A stretch of 64,000 nucleotides of DNA from Gaiellaceae bacterium. GTDB taxonomy: Bacteria; Actinomycetota; Thermoleophilia; Gaiellales; Gaiellaceae. The notes below the pieces were generated by a model. The model worked only from the letters and a program-made list of their open reading frames with translations. It had not been told where the DNA came from and did no database searches. Positions 9,063 to 18,403 of this stretch are shown in pieces; the first letter of the stretch is position 1; each line of letters opens with the position of its first letter. The stretch covers positions 3,019-67,018 of the forward strand of contig DASRGQ010000058.1 of NCBI GenBank assembly GCA_035650975.1, in the 5' to 3' direction. Made by a program: the position numbers and the translations under genes.

Positions 9063-9521
9063 TCAACGACTCGGTTCGGAGATCACTCCGCCGTTGTCGT
9101 CGTGCCACTCCCCGTTCATCTCCAGGTAGTTCACCGAATACTTCCCGCCGTAGAAGCAGAGGCTTTGGGCGTTGTAGGTGCGGTTGACTCCGTGATCGGA
9201 GCGAAACAGGTTCTCCTGGTACTCCCAACAACTCCCGTGCGTCTTCGACGGCGGTCCCACGAGCGTGCGAACCTGGTGCGTCGTCATGCCGAACGCGAGT
9301 TGTCCGGAGTGTGCCAAGAAGCGCCAGTCGCCCTTGTGGCCGATCTGCCCGCCGACAGGAGACGCTGACCCGGAGTGACTTGCGGGGCGCGTGAGCAATG
9401 CAACAGCGAGTACGAGAATCGTGATCGCAACGAGGCCGATGCCGCCCGCCGTAAGGCGTCGCCGGTTGCGCGGTCCCAGTTGGACGGCAATATCGGCGAC
9501 CGCGGCGTGCGCGACAGTCAT
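9063..9521 (-). CDS. single-pass membrane protein, paralog of 10573-11058
   Basis: N-terminus DIAVQLGPRNRRRLTAGGIGLVAITILVLAV, then FGMTTHQVRTLVGPPSKT...CFYGG. Shares these blocks with the plus-strand ORF at 10573. Confidence 0.6.
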   Translation of the reverse strand: MTVAHAAVADIAVQLGPRNRRRLTAGGIGLVAITILVLAVALLTRPASHSGSASPVGGQIGHKGDWRFLAHSGQLAFGMTTHQVRTLVGPPSKTHGSCWEYQENLFRSDHGVNRTYNAQSLCFYGGKYSVNYLEMNGEWHDDNGGVISEPSR

Positions 9522-9971
9522 GCCGCAACCATACGCCGCTCGGCGCTGCGGAGTAACACCGGAGCACTTCCCGCCTCATCCCGCGCGGACGCGCCTCCCC
9601 CAGGCGTCCTTCCGGAGCACTGGCGCACCCCAGCTTCTAGGCGTCCGCTGACACCCTAGATCAATCTGTTGTGACCTCTCGACGCGGTGCCGATAGAGGG
9701 CTAGTGACGACTCTTAGATCATGGCGTAGCCACGACCAGCCCGATCCCATTCTCGCCGATATATGGGCTGCTTGTCGGTGGATCGTTCATCGCGCTCAAG
9801 CTGTGGGCCACCCCACTTGTGGTGCTGCTCACGGTCATCTTTCTCTACGTCTTCAATGCAGACCGGCTGTTGAAATGGTGGGTCCGGTTGCTGAACCCCA
9901 GGAACTGGTGAGGGGTACGGCGTCGTACGCTCGGGCGTCATTGCCGAACACTCGGGCAGGCGGCGTGCGAC

Positions 9972-10400
9972 TTAGCGAGGCCGTACGTGGACGCTCGCGA
10001 GCACGGGAAAAGGCGTCGTATAGCCCTCGGGCGTCCAGTCCGGCACAACGATGCGCCAGCGCCCGGCACTCGGAAAGGTCACTCTCGCGTTCCAGGCTGT
10101 TGCGGAGAACCGACGCGCAAATGTGGTGAAGCCACCGGGGACCTCGACTGCCGATTTCGTGGGGCGTTCATTCGTCGCCGCCCCAACCACATCCATCACT
10201 GAGGCTCGCGGCGCGATAAGGAGAAGTCGCAGCTGCGACTCCGGCTGCGGATGGCTAGCGCGAATCGTCAAGACCGTCGGTCGCTTCACCAGCACGACGG
10301 GTCTTGCGATGAGCCGAAGGGGAGCGTTGCCCGCAGGAGACGCCCCAGCAGCGGAGACCAGAGCGGCCACAAACGCGATTCCGACCAAACCACCCCGCAT
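9972..10400 (-). CDS. hypothetical secreted protein
   Basis: 142-aa ORF with a signal peptide (MRGGLVGIAFVAALVSAAGASPAG). No family recognised. Confidence 0.5.
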   Translation of the reverse strand: MRGGLVGIAFVAALVSAAGASPAGNAPLRLIARPVVLVKRPTVLTIRASHPQPESQLRLLLIAPRASVMDVVGAATNERPTKSAVEVPGGFTTFARRFSATAWNARVTFPSAGRWRIVVPDWTPEGYTTPFPVLASVHVRPR

Positions 10401-10572
10401 ATCCCGATGCTACGAACCCTTTGGTTCAGGGTGCATTAACGAGCACAGGCGCAGCCGAGGCCATCCTTAACCGGATAAAGGTTTCGCGGTCTCTTCGGCT
10501 CTCTTCCTCTTGATGGATCTGATGAAGGCGATCCGGACGACCGCCGCAGCCGAATGGCGTAGGCCGGTGTAG

Positions 10573-11058
10573 ATGGCAGCGTTTGTCGCGATCACGGATG
10601 TCGCCGTCGAGATGGGGCCGCGCAATCGGCGGCGGCTTACCGTCGGGGTGATCGGCCTTGTCGCAGTCGCGGTGCTCGCCGTCGGGTTGGTGCGACTGAC
10701 ACGGTCGGCGAGCAATCCCGGTGCAGGGTCAACCGCTCACGCTGGGCGCTCCGCTGCGAACACAAGCAACCTGACGTTCGGGATGTCGATAAAGCAAGTG
10801 GAGCGCCTGGCAGGGCGGCCGGTCAAAACAGAGACGACCGCCCAGGGTCGCTGTCTCTTCTACCGACCGAAGGGATCGATGGTCGGATCGCTAGCTCTAG
10901 CCGAGGTCGGTTCGCTCGCGTACGGGAAGGAGATCGGCTTCGAGGCGTGCTTCTACGGAAGCGGGCTCTCCACGATGTTCGTGCACCACCCCCGCCCACT
11001 TGGTAAGCCGGGCTTCGAGTGGAGCGCCTTCTACGGGAATCCCTACTACTCGCGGTAA
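10573..11058 (+). CDS. single-pass membrane protein, paralog of 9063-9521
   Basis: DVAVEMGPRNRRRLTVGVIGLVAVAVLAVGLV, then FGMSIKQVERLAGRPVKT...CFYGSG. Confidence 0.6.
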   Translation: MAAFVAITDVAVEMGPRNRRRLTVGVIGLVAVAVLAVGLVRLTRSASNPGAGSTAHAGRSAANTSNLTFGMSIKQVERLAGRPVKTETTAQGRCLFYRPKGSMVGSLALAEVGSLAYGKEIGFEACFYGSGLSTMFVHHPRPLGKPGFEWSAFYGNPYYSR

Positions 11059-11191
11059 CCACTCGGCGGCCCGCCTCTGGCGTGAAGCGCGAACACTGGG
11101 CGCCGTGGGTTCGACCAAATGAACATCGAGCATTAACGCGCGCCTCGGCGAACGAAACGAACGCCGTTGATGTGTGGCACACGGCTACTGG

Positions 11192-11404
11192 CTATCCAGC
11201 GCGCACAAGCTGTACCGCCCGCTTCGGGCACGCGTTCACCGCCCGGCGAGCGTGGTCCTTGAGTGCCAGCGGAATCGGGGTCGGGTCGACCAGGGGGAAC
11301 CCCCAGTCGTCGAGGGCGATGCGCTCGGGGAACAGCTCGGCGCAGAGACCGTGGCCGTCGCATGCGATTGGATCGACCAAAACGTTCAGTCGACGGCCTT
11401 TCAT
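11192..11404 (-). CDS. small ferredoxin (single Fe-S cluster type)
   Basis: MKGRRLNVLVDPIACDGHGLCAELFPE...AVNACPKRAV, i.e. a CxxGxGxC...CP ferredoxin pattern. The start overlaps the NuoF-like stop (ATGA). Confidence 0.75.
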   Translation of the reverse strand: MKGRRLNVLVDPIACDGHGLCAELFPERIALDDWGFPLVDPTPIPLALKDHARRAVNACPKRAVQLVRAG

Positions 11405-12597
11405 CGCGTCGCGCCCACCTGAAGAATCCCCTGGAGGCGCTTGCCGCATCCGCGGTGGTTCGCGTGACGCGCGAACTCCTCGGCGAACACGGCGAGCGCG
11501 CTGTCCACGAAGCGGACCACTCCGTCCGGGTGCCGGCAGGCGCCGCGCCCGGAGACAAGTCGTCCGAGCCGTTTGAGCTCGGGACGGCTGTCGCCACGCT
11601 GTTCAACGTGCATCGCATCCGAGATCGCTGCAAGTCCGTGGAGGCACGGGCCGCATTGCCCGGCGCTCTGATGCGCGAGGTACTGGACCACCCGCGCGCA
11701 TTCGGCGGCCGCGCACGTCGAGGATGGGAGCGCGACGATCACGCCGGCGCCGAGGATGTCGGGCATCAGCTGCGTCTGGGTTGCGGCGGCCGCCGGGATC
11801 CACCGTCCGAAGTAGCCGCCGACGAGGTAGGCGGCGACCTCAGCTGTCGTACCGCCGCTCTGCGTGATGACCTCTGCGAGCGTCGCACCGACAGGGATCT
11901 CATGGACTCCTGGCTGGGCGACGCTGCCCGAGAGCGTCACAAGCGCGGTTCCGCGTCCGAACCAGTCCGAGCCGAAGCGGGCAATCAGCGCGATGTGGCC
12001 GAGCGTCTCGACATTCTGGACGAGAGTGGGTGCACCGCCGAGGCCCTGTTCGGCCGGAAACGGAGGCTTGAGCGTCGGGTTTGCTCGGCGTCCTGAGAGA
12101 GCGCTCAGAACGGCTGTCTCCTCCCCGGCAACAAAGCCGCCTTCGACTGGCTCGACATCAAAGGTGACCGAGTCATAGCGCTTCGAGGTGCGCTCGCCGA
12201 TCGCCGCGGTCAGCTCTGGCCCGTATGTCGAGGTTGCGATGATGACCTGGGTCGCGCCGACCGCCTCCGCGGCGAGCGCAGCGCCGTCGAGGACGAGGTG
12301 CGGTGCGACGCGCAGAAGCGAGCGGTCCTTCTTGCTCGCCGGCTCTCCCTCGACGGCGTTCACGACGACGACCGCGCCGCGGCGGCGGGCGACCGCTGCC
12401 AGCTTGGTGGCCGTTGGGAAGCCGGCGCCGCCGCGTCCACGCAGCCCAGCGCGCTCGATGAGCGCAATCAGGTCGCACCCCGCTGGAAGCTCGCCGTACA
12501 GGGCAACGTGTCGGTCGAACGTGGGTCGGTGGCCTACAGCCGCAAGTAGGCGCGCGCCGCCTGCAGGTTGCCGACTCGACGCGTCGGCGACTTTCAT
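11401..12597 (-). CDS. NuoF-like NADH-binding FMN/Fe-S protein (Complex I 51-kDa family)
   Basis: GLRGRGGAGFPTATK (NADH/FMN motif), VVNAVEGEP, and SAGQCGPCLHG...GACRHPDG (Fe-S binding region). Confidence 0.85.
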   Translation of the reverse strand: MKVADASSRQPAGGARLLAAVGHRPTFDRHVALYGELPAGCDLIALIERAGLRGRGGAGFPTATKLAAVARRRGAVVVVNAVEGEPASKKDRSLLRVAPHLVLDGAALAAEAVGATQVIIATSTYGPELTAAIGERTSKRYDSVTFDVEPVEGGFVAGEETAVLSALSGRRANPTLKPPFPAEQGLGGAPTLVQNVETLGHIALIARFGSDWFGRGTALVTLSGSVAQPGVHEIPVGATLAEVITQSGGTTAEVAAYLVGGYFGRWIPAAAATQTQLMPDILGAGVIVALPSSTCAAAECARVVQYLAHQSAGQCGPCLHGLAAISDAMHVEQRGDSRPELKRLGRLVSGRGACRHPDGVVRFVDSALAVFAEEFARHANHRGCGKRLQGILQVGATR

Positions 12598-13676
12598 CCG
12601 CCGTCACCGCCGCCGGTCCGTGCATCCACCGTGCCGGTCGCTGTCCCGGAAGCGCTGTCGAGGGAGAGGATCATCGTCAGGAGGAGTCGGTCACCCGCCG
12701 AGTCGGCGACGGTCGCCGCGACAAGGTTGTTGTCGAGACCCGTGACCGATCCGTAGTAGACCGTCCTCGTCGTCGCAGGGACGAAGGAGACACCGCTTGC
12801 GGCCATGCTCACACCACCTGCGCTGGGCGTCCCGCGCAGGTCGATCCGCAGCGCACCGCCAGGGCCGCCCCCCGTGAGGCGGAGCTTGATCACCACCCTA
12901 GTCGTGCCGTTGCTTACCTCGCCCTGGACGATCGTGCCCACGAGCCGCGCCGAGAACGGACCGGGCGGCGACGCGGCGCTCGTGAGGGTCTTCGCCGGCG
13001 CCTGGGTGATCCGGTGCGAGGCCATCAGGTGTGTTGGCGTGCCGGCACGCGCCGCCCACCCCGTTTGCGCCGGGCCGCTCAGGTACCAGACAACGACGAG
13101 GATTGGCGCTGCGACAGCGGCAGCCGCTCCGCCGATGCGAACGTTGCGTATGCCGCCGCCGACTGCGACGCGGGCGAGAGTTGCGACGACCACGGAGACG
13201 AGACAGGTCACTCCCAACGCGACGAGCCACGTTGACTTGGGGTCACTGCCTGTTCCGAAGGAGTGCAGGAGTGCCACCGGCCACGATGCGTATGCGAGCC
13301 AATGCACTCCACGCCAGATTCGCGCGCCGATGCGATGGCGCAGGTAGCTCGTCACGACGAGGGCGAGGAGCAGGTCGAGGGCGACTGCACCAAGCCCGAG
13401 CCAGAAGGGCCGGTAAGGGGCCGCGAACGGGATGATCGCATCCGTCAGCCCGATCGGCGCGTAGCCGTCGGCGACCGTTGTCGCGACGTGCAGCGCGACA
13501 AAGACAATCGCCAGCAGCGTCGTGTTCCGATGGATCGACCCAATCGCGAACCGCGGCCACCGCGGGCCTTCGACGCGCAGGGCGGACAGGATGCCGAGTA
13601 CGACTGAGACCGTGAGAAGTACGAGTGCGACGGCGCCGCTGCCGCGCGTGATGTACCAGAGCTCGGTGGAGCTCAA
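12594..13676 (-). CDS. ferric-reductase-like (FRD/MsrQ-like) 6-TM di-haem protein with unknown C-terminal domain
   Basis: Six predicted TM helices. His pairs SIHRNTTLLAIVFVALH and VHWLAYASWPVALLH have NOX/FRE-like spacing. The TTG start overlaps the ApbE stop (TTGA). The roughly 130-aa C-terminal G/T/V-rich domain is unassigned. Confidence 0.8.
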   Translation of the reverse strand: MSSTELWYITRGSGAVALVLLTVSVVLGILSALRVEGPRWPRFAIGSIHRNTTLLAIVFVALHVATTVADGYAPIGLTDAIIPFAAPYRPFWLGLGAVALDLLLALVVTSYLRHRIGARIWRGVHWLAYASWPVALLHSFGTGSDPKSTWLVALGVTCLVSVVVATLARVAVGGGIRNVRIGGAAAAVAAPILVVVWYLSGPAQTGWAARAGTPTHLMASHRITQAPAKTLTSAASPPGPFSARLVGTIVQGEVSNGTTRVVIKLRLTGGGPGGALRIDLRGTPSAGGVSMAASGVSFVPATTRTVYYGSVTGLDNNLVAATVADSAGDRLLLTMILSLDSASGTATGTVDARTGGGDGG

Positions 13677-14589
13677 GCGGCCTCCGCGGCGGCCGGCCAG
13701 GTGCCGAGCAGGACGACCGATCCGTCTCGTCTGACAATACGGGCCGGGATGCACCGCGCATCGAGCCAGGCGCCGGCCGCCGGACCGGCGATGACGGCAA
13801 GCGTGGACGCCACATTTGCATCCACGCACGTCCCAGCAGCTGCGGTCACCGTCCTCCAGTCCGACCGCGACGGGGCGCCTGTGCGCGGATCGAAGAGGTG
13901 GTGCGCCTTACCGGTGGTCGTGAGCCAGCGGCGAATAACGATGCTCGAGGTGGCGAGGCCGCCGGCGGCGATCGCGACGACGGGTCCGGGGGCGTCGAGA
14001 GGCGCGGCGTGGTCCTCAGCGATGCGGACCGGCCACCCGCCCGGCGGCGGCGCGCCTGCAACCGAGATGTCCCCGCCGAGTGAGACGAGCACGCCCGTCC
14101 CCAGCGTGTCGGCGATCGAGGCTGCCGCACGGTCGGCGGCGAACGCCTTCGCCGTCGCGCCGAGGTCGAGCTGAACGCCCGGCGGTACGACGACCTCGTC
14201 GTCCTCGACCTGGACGCGACGCCACGCGTCGAGTTCCGGCGGACGAGCCTCGAACGCCACGGGGGCCTGCTGCCGAACGAGCCGGTAGGTGCGGTCGTAG
14301 CCCGCAGCGGCGATCGGTTCGCCGAGAGTCGGGCTGACGAGCCCGCCGGTCGCGGCAGCAGCGGCGAGGGCGACCCGCAGCGCGTCAGCGAAGAGGCGGC
14401 TGACACGGATCGGATCTCCGGCGTGCGCGTTTGCTCGGGCGAGCTCCGAGTCTGGGCGGAAGCGGCTCGCCGCCCGGTCGATCGCGTCGAGCTCGTCGGC
14501 GAGGAGCCTGAGCGCGATCGAGACATCGGCGCTGCCAGACACGACGAGGGTCGCCGTCGTGCCGAGCGCGGGGAACGAGGCCGACCGGA

Positions 14590-14593
<4 letters not shown>
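13673..14593 (-). CDS. apbE: FAD:protein FMN transferase (ApbE family)
   Basis: FPALGTTATLVV...IDRAASRFRPDSELARAN...LDLGATAKAFAADRAA...GGDISVAG...LATSSI, an ApbE-like pattern. No signal peptide or lipobox is visible. Confidence 0.85.
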
Positions 14594-14919
<326 letters not shown>

Positions 14920-14950
14920 GAGACGGCCATGAGCGCAACCTCAGTCGCGA

Positions 14951-16291
14951 CTAAGAACTGCGGGGGAGCGCGATCCAAGCGTCGAGGCCACCTCCGGGTC
15001 GGTTGGCCGCTGCGGCGGAGCCGTCGTGTGCGCGCGCGACGAGAGCGACGATGGCGAGGCCGAGGCCCGAGCCGCCGTTGCTTCGCGCCTCGTCGGCACG
15101 GCTGAACCGGTCGAAGGCTCGCTCGGCGAAATCGGCCGGGAAGCCCGGCCCCTCGTCAAGCACGTGTAGCTCGACGTGTCCATTTGCCTCGAGGGCGCTG
15201 AGTTCGACGGCGCCGGCGCCGTGTACAAGCGCGTTGTCGACGAGATTCGCGAGCGCCTGTTCGACCCGGATGACGTCCGCGTCGAGCGAGACTCCACTGC
15301 CGCCGTTTACGAGCAGCTCGCGGTTGGCGCTTGCTGCGCGACCGGCAAACCGACGCTGGATGCGCAGTAGGAACGTGTGCGCGTCGGTTGTCTCCCGGCG
15401 AACGGGCAGCCGGCCTTGGTCGGCCCGTGCGATCAGGAGCAAGTCCTCCGCGAGATGCGATAGCCGTTCGGTCTCCTCCGCGGCCGAGCGCACTGCCGCT
15501 TCCAGCTCGTCGTGAGTTCGCGGTCGGCTGAGCGCGAGTTCGAGCTCCGCTCGCAGCAGCGCGAGCGGCGTTCGAAGCTCGTGGCTCGCGTCACTGAGGA
15601 AACGCCGTTCGTGCTCGAACGCTGCCTCGAGGCGCGCAAGCATGTCATTCAACGTCAGTGCGAGCGCGCGCACCTCGTCGCGGGCTCTTGGAACGGGCAG
15701 TCGCCGACCGGGCACGTCGGGTGTGACGGCTGCGGCGCGCCGACGCATCGCCTCGACGGGGCGCAGCGCCGCGGCCGCGAGGCCGTACCCGGCGAGCACC
15801 GCCAAGAGGAGAGCCGCCGGCGCGGCAAGCAAGAACTCGCGCGAGAGTCTCGTGAGCGTCTCCGTTCTCGCGGCAAGCGAGCGCGCGACGATGATCGTCG
15901 CGGGGCTGCCGCGATAGGTGCCCGGCGATTCGGCGACCTGCCACGTTCCATCCAGGCCCTTCAACGGGGTCGTGAAGAGCGTTGTGTGCTTCAAGCGCGG
16001 CCGAGCCGGCAGGACGGCCGCCGATGCCGGCGTGGCCATGAGCAGGCTTCCGTCGGGTCGGGTCACGGCCGTGAGGAACGCTCCCTCGCTCGCGTCGCGG
16101 TCGCGCGCTACGTGGCCAGCAGCGGCGTCGTACTTTGCGTCGATGATCTGGCCGCGCAGACTGGTGTCGACGGATCCGAGCAGGGAGCTACCTACACGTA
16201 GGTAGATGAAGATGCCGGTTGCTGCGAGCACGAGGGCCATCGCCGCAGCAAACGGAAGCGTCAGTCGCAGTCTGATCGGGATCCGGCTCAC
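14951..16291 (-). CDS. sensor histidine kinase
   Basis: Two TM segments flank an extracytoplasmic region of about 150 aa. HAMP-like segment, H-box FLSDASHELRTPLALL, and an ATPase domain (VDNALVHG...GGSGLGLAIV). Confidence 0.9.
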   Translation of the reverse strand: MSRIPIRLRLTLPFAAAMALVLAATGIFIYLRVGSSLLGSVDTSLRGQIIDAKYDAAAGHVARDRDASEGAFLTAVTRPDGSLLMATPASAAVLPARPRLKHTTLFTTPLKGLDGTWQVAESPGTYRGSPATIIVARSLAARTETLTRLSREFLLAAPAALLLAVLAGYGLAAAALRPVEAMRRRAAAVTPDVPGRRLPVPRARDEVRALALTLNDMLARLEAAFEHERRFLSDASHELRTPLALLRAELELALSRPRTHDELEAAVRSAAEETERLSHLAEDLLLIARADQGRLPVRRETTDAHTFLLRIQRRFAGRAASANRELLVNGGSGVSLDADVIRVEQALANLVDNALVHGAGAVELSALEANGHVELHVLDEGPGFPADFAERAFDRFSRADEARSNGGSGLGLAIVALVARAHDGSAAAANRPGGGLDAWIALPRSS

Positions 16292-16968
16292 TCGCCGCCG
16301 TCCTCGCGCAGGCGGTAGCCAACCCCGCGAACCGTCTCGATCGAATGGCGGCCAAAGGGCCGGTCGACTTTCTGCCGGAGATAGCGCATGTAGACGTCGA
16401 CGACATTCGAGCGACTCTCGAACGCCATGTCCCAGGCACCGTCGAGGAGCTGCGAGCGTGTGAGCGTCTCACCGGCCCGCCGCAACAGCAGCTCGAGGAG
16501 TGCGAACTCACGTGCTGAAAGCTCGAGCTCGCTGTCACCGCGCCACGCGCGATGTGCAGCGGGATCGAGCCGCAGGTCCCCGGCCGCGAGCGTTGTCGGA
16601 CGTTCGATCGGTCCACGTCGCGCGATCGCACGCAACCGCGCCAGCAGCTCGGCGAACGCGAACGGCTTGGTCAGATAGTCGTCTGCGCCTGCATCGAGAC
16701 CGACTACTCGGTCGTTGATCGCGTCGCGCGCGGTGAGAAGCAGCACAGGCGTCCAGACGTGCCGTCGTCGAAGTCTCTGGACGATCTCGATCCCGTTGAG
16801 ACCCGGCAACATGATGTCGAGGACGATCGCGTCATACGGGGCGGCCTCCGCCATCCACAGCGCATCCTCACCGCGATGCGCCGTATCGGCCGCGTGGCCA
16901 TCCTCACGCAGCGCCCGCGCGACGAGGGCAGCCATCTTCGGCTCGTCGTCCACGACCAGGACTCTCAT
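16288..16968 (-). CDS. OmpR/PhoB-family response regulator
   Basis: MRVLVVDDEP...DAIVLDIMLPGLNG...LTARD plus a winged helix (REFALLELLLRR...VDVYMRYLRQKV). 4-nt overlap with the kinase. Confidence 0.9.
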   Translation of the reverse strand: MRVLVVDDEPKMAALVARALREDGHAADTAHRGEDALWMAEAAPYDAIVLDIMLPGLNGIEIVQRLRRRHVWTPVLLLTARDAINDRVVGLDAGADDYLTKPFAFAELLARLRAIARRGPIERPTTLAAGDLRLDPAAHRAWRGDSELELSAREFALLELLLRRAGETLTRSQLLDGAWDMAFESRSNVVDVYMRYLRQKVDRPFGRHSIETVRGVGYRLREDGGE

Positions 16969-17000
16969 GAAGTCATTGTGCGCTCTGGTTCCACCCGGAC

Positions 17001-17042
17001 GACTTTGCGCGCGCTTCCAAAAGCGTCGATCCGGACTTTGCG
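17001..17042. promoter_or_regulatory. 9-nt direct repeat pair (GACTTTGCG, 33-nt spacing) upstream of the response regulator
   Basis: Exact copies at 17001-17009 and 17034-17042, each preceded by CCGGA, in the 78-nt gap upstream of the RR start. Candidate RR binding sites. Confidence 0.35.
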
Positions 17043-17046
17043 GACG

Positions 17047-17706
17047 CTAGTGGTCGTGATGATTGTGGTGACGCGACGAAAGATGCAGCCAGTCATGCTG
17101 AACCGGCAGCGTCGCCAGCCCTACGGTCAAACCGAGCACCAACGCCACGAGCAGGACGAGCGCTCGCCGTGACGCCCCGCCAACGTCCCTCCGTGTCCTT
17201 GTGCGTAGGTCTCCCTCGACCGCGCGAAGCGCACGGGTGAAGTAGACGAGAACATGAAGTCCGAGCGTCACCGTCCAGGCGGACGCCGCTGGCCCGTGGA
17301 TCCTCCGCGCGACCCGCAACGCCTCGCCGTGGACGAGACCGAGCGCGACGCCGCTTCCGAAGAGCAGCACGGTGAAGAGCACGAGCAATGGCGCGAGCAG
17401 CCTCATTAGGATCTGCGGCGGCCCCTTGACGCGATAGGCGTCGTTGCGCAGGTAGTAGCGCGCAAACCGCCAGCCTGTCGTCAGCAGTTTCAGGACGACC
17501 GGCGGCAACAGCACCAAGCCGATGATCACGTGCAGCCGCAGGTATGTCTGCAGGCCGAGTACGAGCGTCGCCAGCTCTGCGAGCGCAAGCACGATCAGAA
17601 CGAGCCCGACGGCGGCGGTGAGCCGCATGTTTCCGTCCGGGTTGAGACGTCGCGCAAACGGAGGCCGCCTCGGCTCCGTTGCTTCGATGACCTTCGACTC
17701 GGCCAT
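17047..17706 (-). CDS. multi-TM membrane protein with conserved His residues and His-rich tail; paralog of 18404-19012
   Basis: Start at MAESKV preceded by GGAGGGGG. Four to five TM helices. Ends ...HLSSRHHNHHDH. Aligns along its whole length with the ORF at 18404. Confidence 0.65.
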   Translation of the reverse strand: MAESKVIEATEPRRPPFARRLNPDGNMRLTAAVGLVLIVLALAELATLVLGLQTYLRLHVIIGLVLLPPVVLKLLTTGWRFARYYLRNDAYRVKGPPQILMRLLAPLLVLFTVLLFGSGVALGLVHGEALRVARRIHGPAASAWTVTLGLHVLVYFTRALRAVEGDLRTRTRRDVGGASRRALVLLVALVLGLTVGLATLPVQHDWLHLSSRHHNHHDH

Positions 17707-17934
17707 ACCCCCTCCGCTTGTACCTGCGACGGCGCTGCGTTGCACACTCGTTCTCATCCGGCTCTCACCAAGACCCGTTGTACGGTTATCGGCCGTGAGC
17801 GAGATGCGAGGCCGTCTCGCTACCAACTGCGCGCACCTCGCCCCACGTTGCAACGCAAGCGAGCGACAGGCCCAGAAGCGGACAATCGGCGCGCCAGATA
17901 TGCGCCGTCCACGACCGATCAAGGAGGAGGCGAC

Positions 17935-18351
17935 GTGAACATCGAGTTTCTGTCGACTGTGGCGGTGATCGCGCCCGATCCGTCGGCCAGCCGCGAGTTC
18001 TACGTCGGCGCGCTCGGGCTACCGCTCGAGGGCCACGGCGAGGGTTATCACCACAGCGAACAGATCCCCGGTTGCAAGTCATTCGGCATCTGGCCGCTCT
18101 CCCAAGCCGCCGAGGCGTGCTTTGGCACCCCTGAATGGCGGTCGGACCGGCCGGTGCCGCAGCTGAGCCTCGAGTTCGATGTCGACCACGCAGAGGCAGT
18201 CAGCGTGGCAGCGCGGGAGCTCGAGCAAGCGGGATACGAGCTGCTGCATTCAGCACGCGAGGAACCGTGGGGTCAGACGGTTGCCAGGCTGCAATCGCCG
18301 GAGGGAGCGATCGTCGGCATCTCTTACATCCCCATGTTCCACGGCAACTGA
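17935..18351 (+). CDS. VOC/glyoxalase-family protein
   Basis: GTG start after AAGGAGGAGG. VNIEFLSTVAVIAPDPSASREFYVGALGLPLEG...EPWGQTVARLQSPEGAIVGISY has a glyoxalase-fold pattern. Confidence 0.8.
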   Translation: MNIEFLSTVAVIAPDPSASREFYVGALGLPLEGHGEGYHHSEQIPGCKSFGIWPLSQAAEACFGTPEWRSDRPVPQLSLEFDVDHAEAVSVAARELEQAGYELLHSAREEPWGQTVARLQSPEGAIVGISYIPMFHGN

Positions 18352-18403
18352 CGGGTTGGAGCGTGTTCAGCATTGAGCGGCGCGACAAAGTGCCGTTGAT
18401 GGT

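Noticed and set aside
7641-11191. Duplicated tRNA-Pro 3' end (attL/attR) marking an integrated island
   Set aside because: No second copy of the TTCAAATCTCGGCGCCCCGA segment was seen in the window, so island boundaries cannot be claimed.
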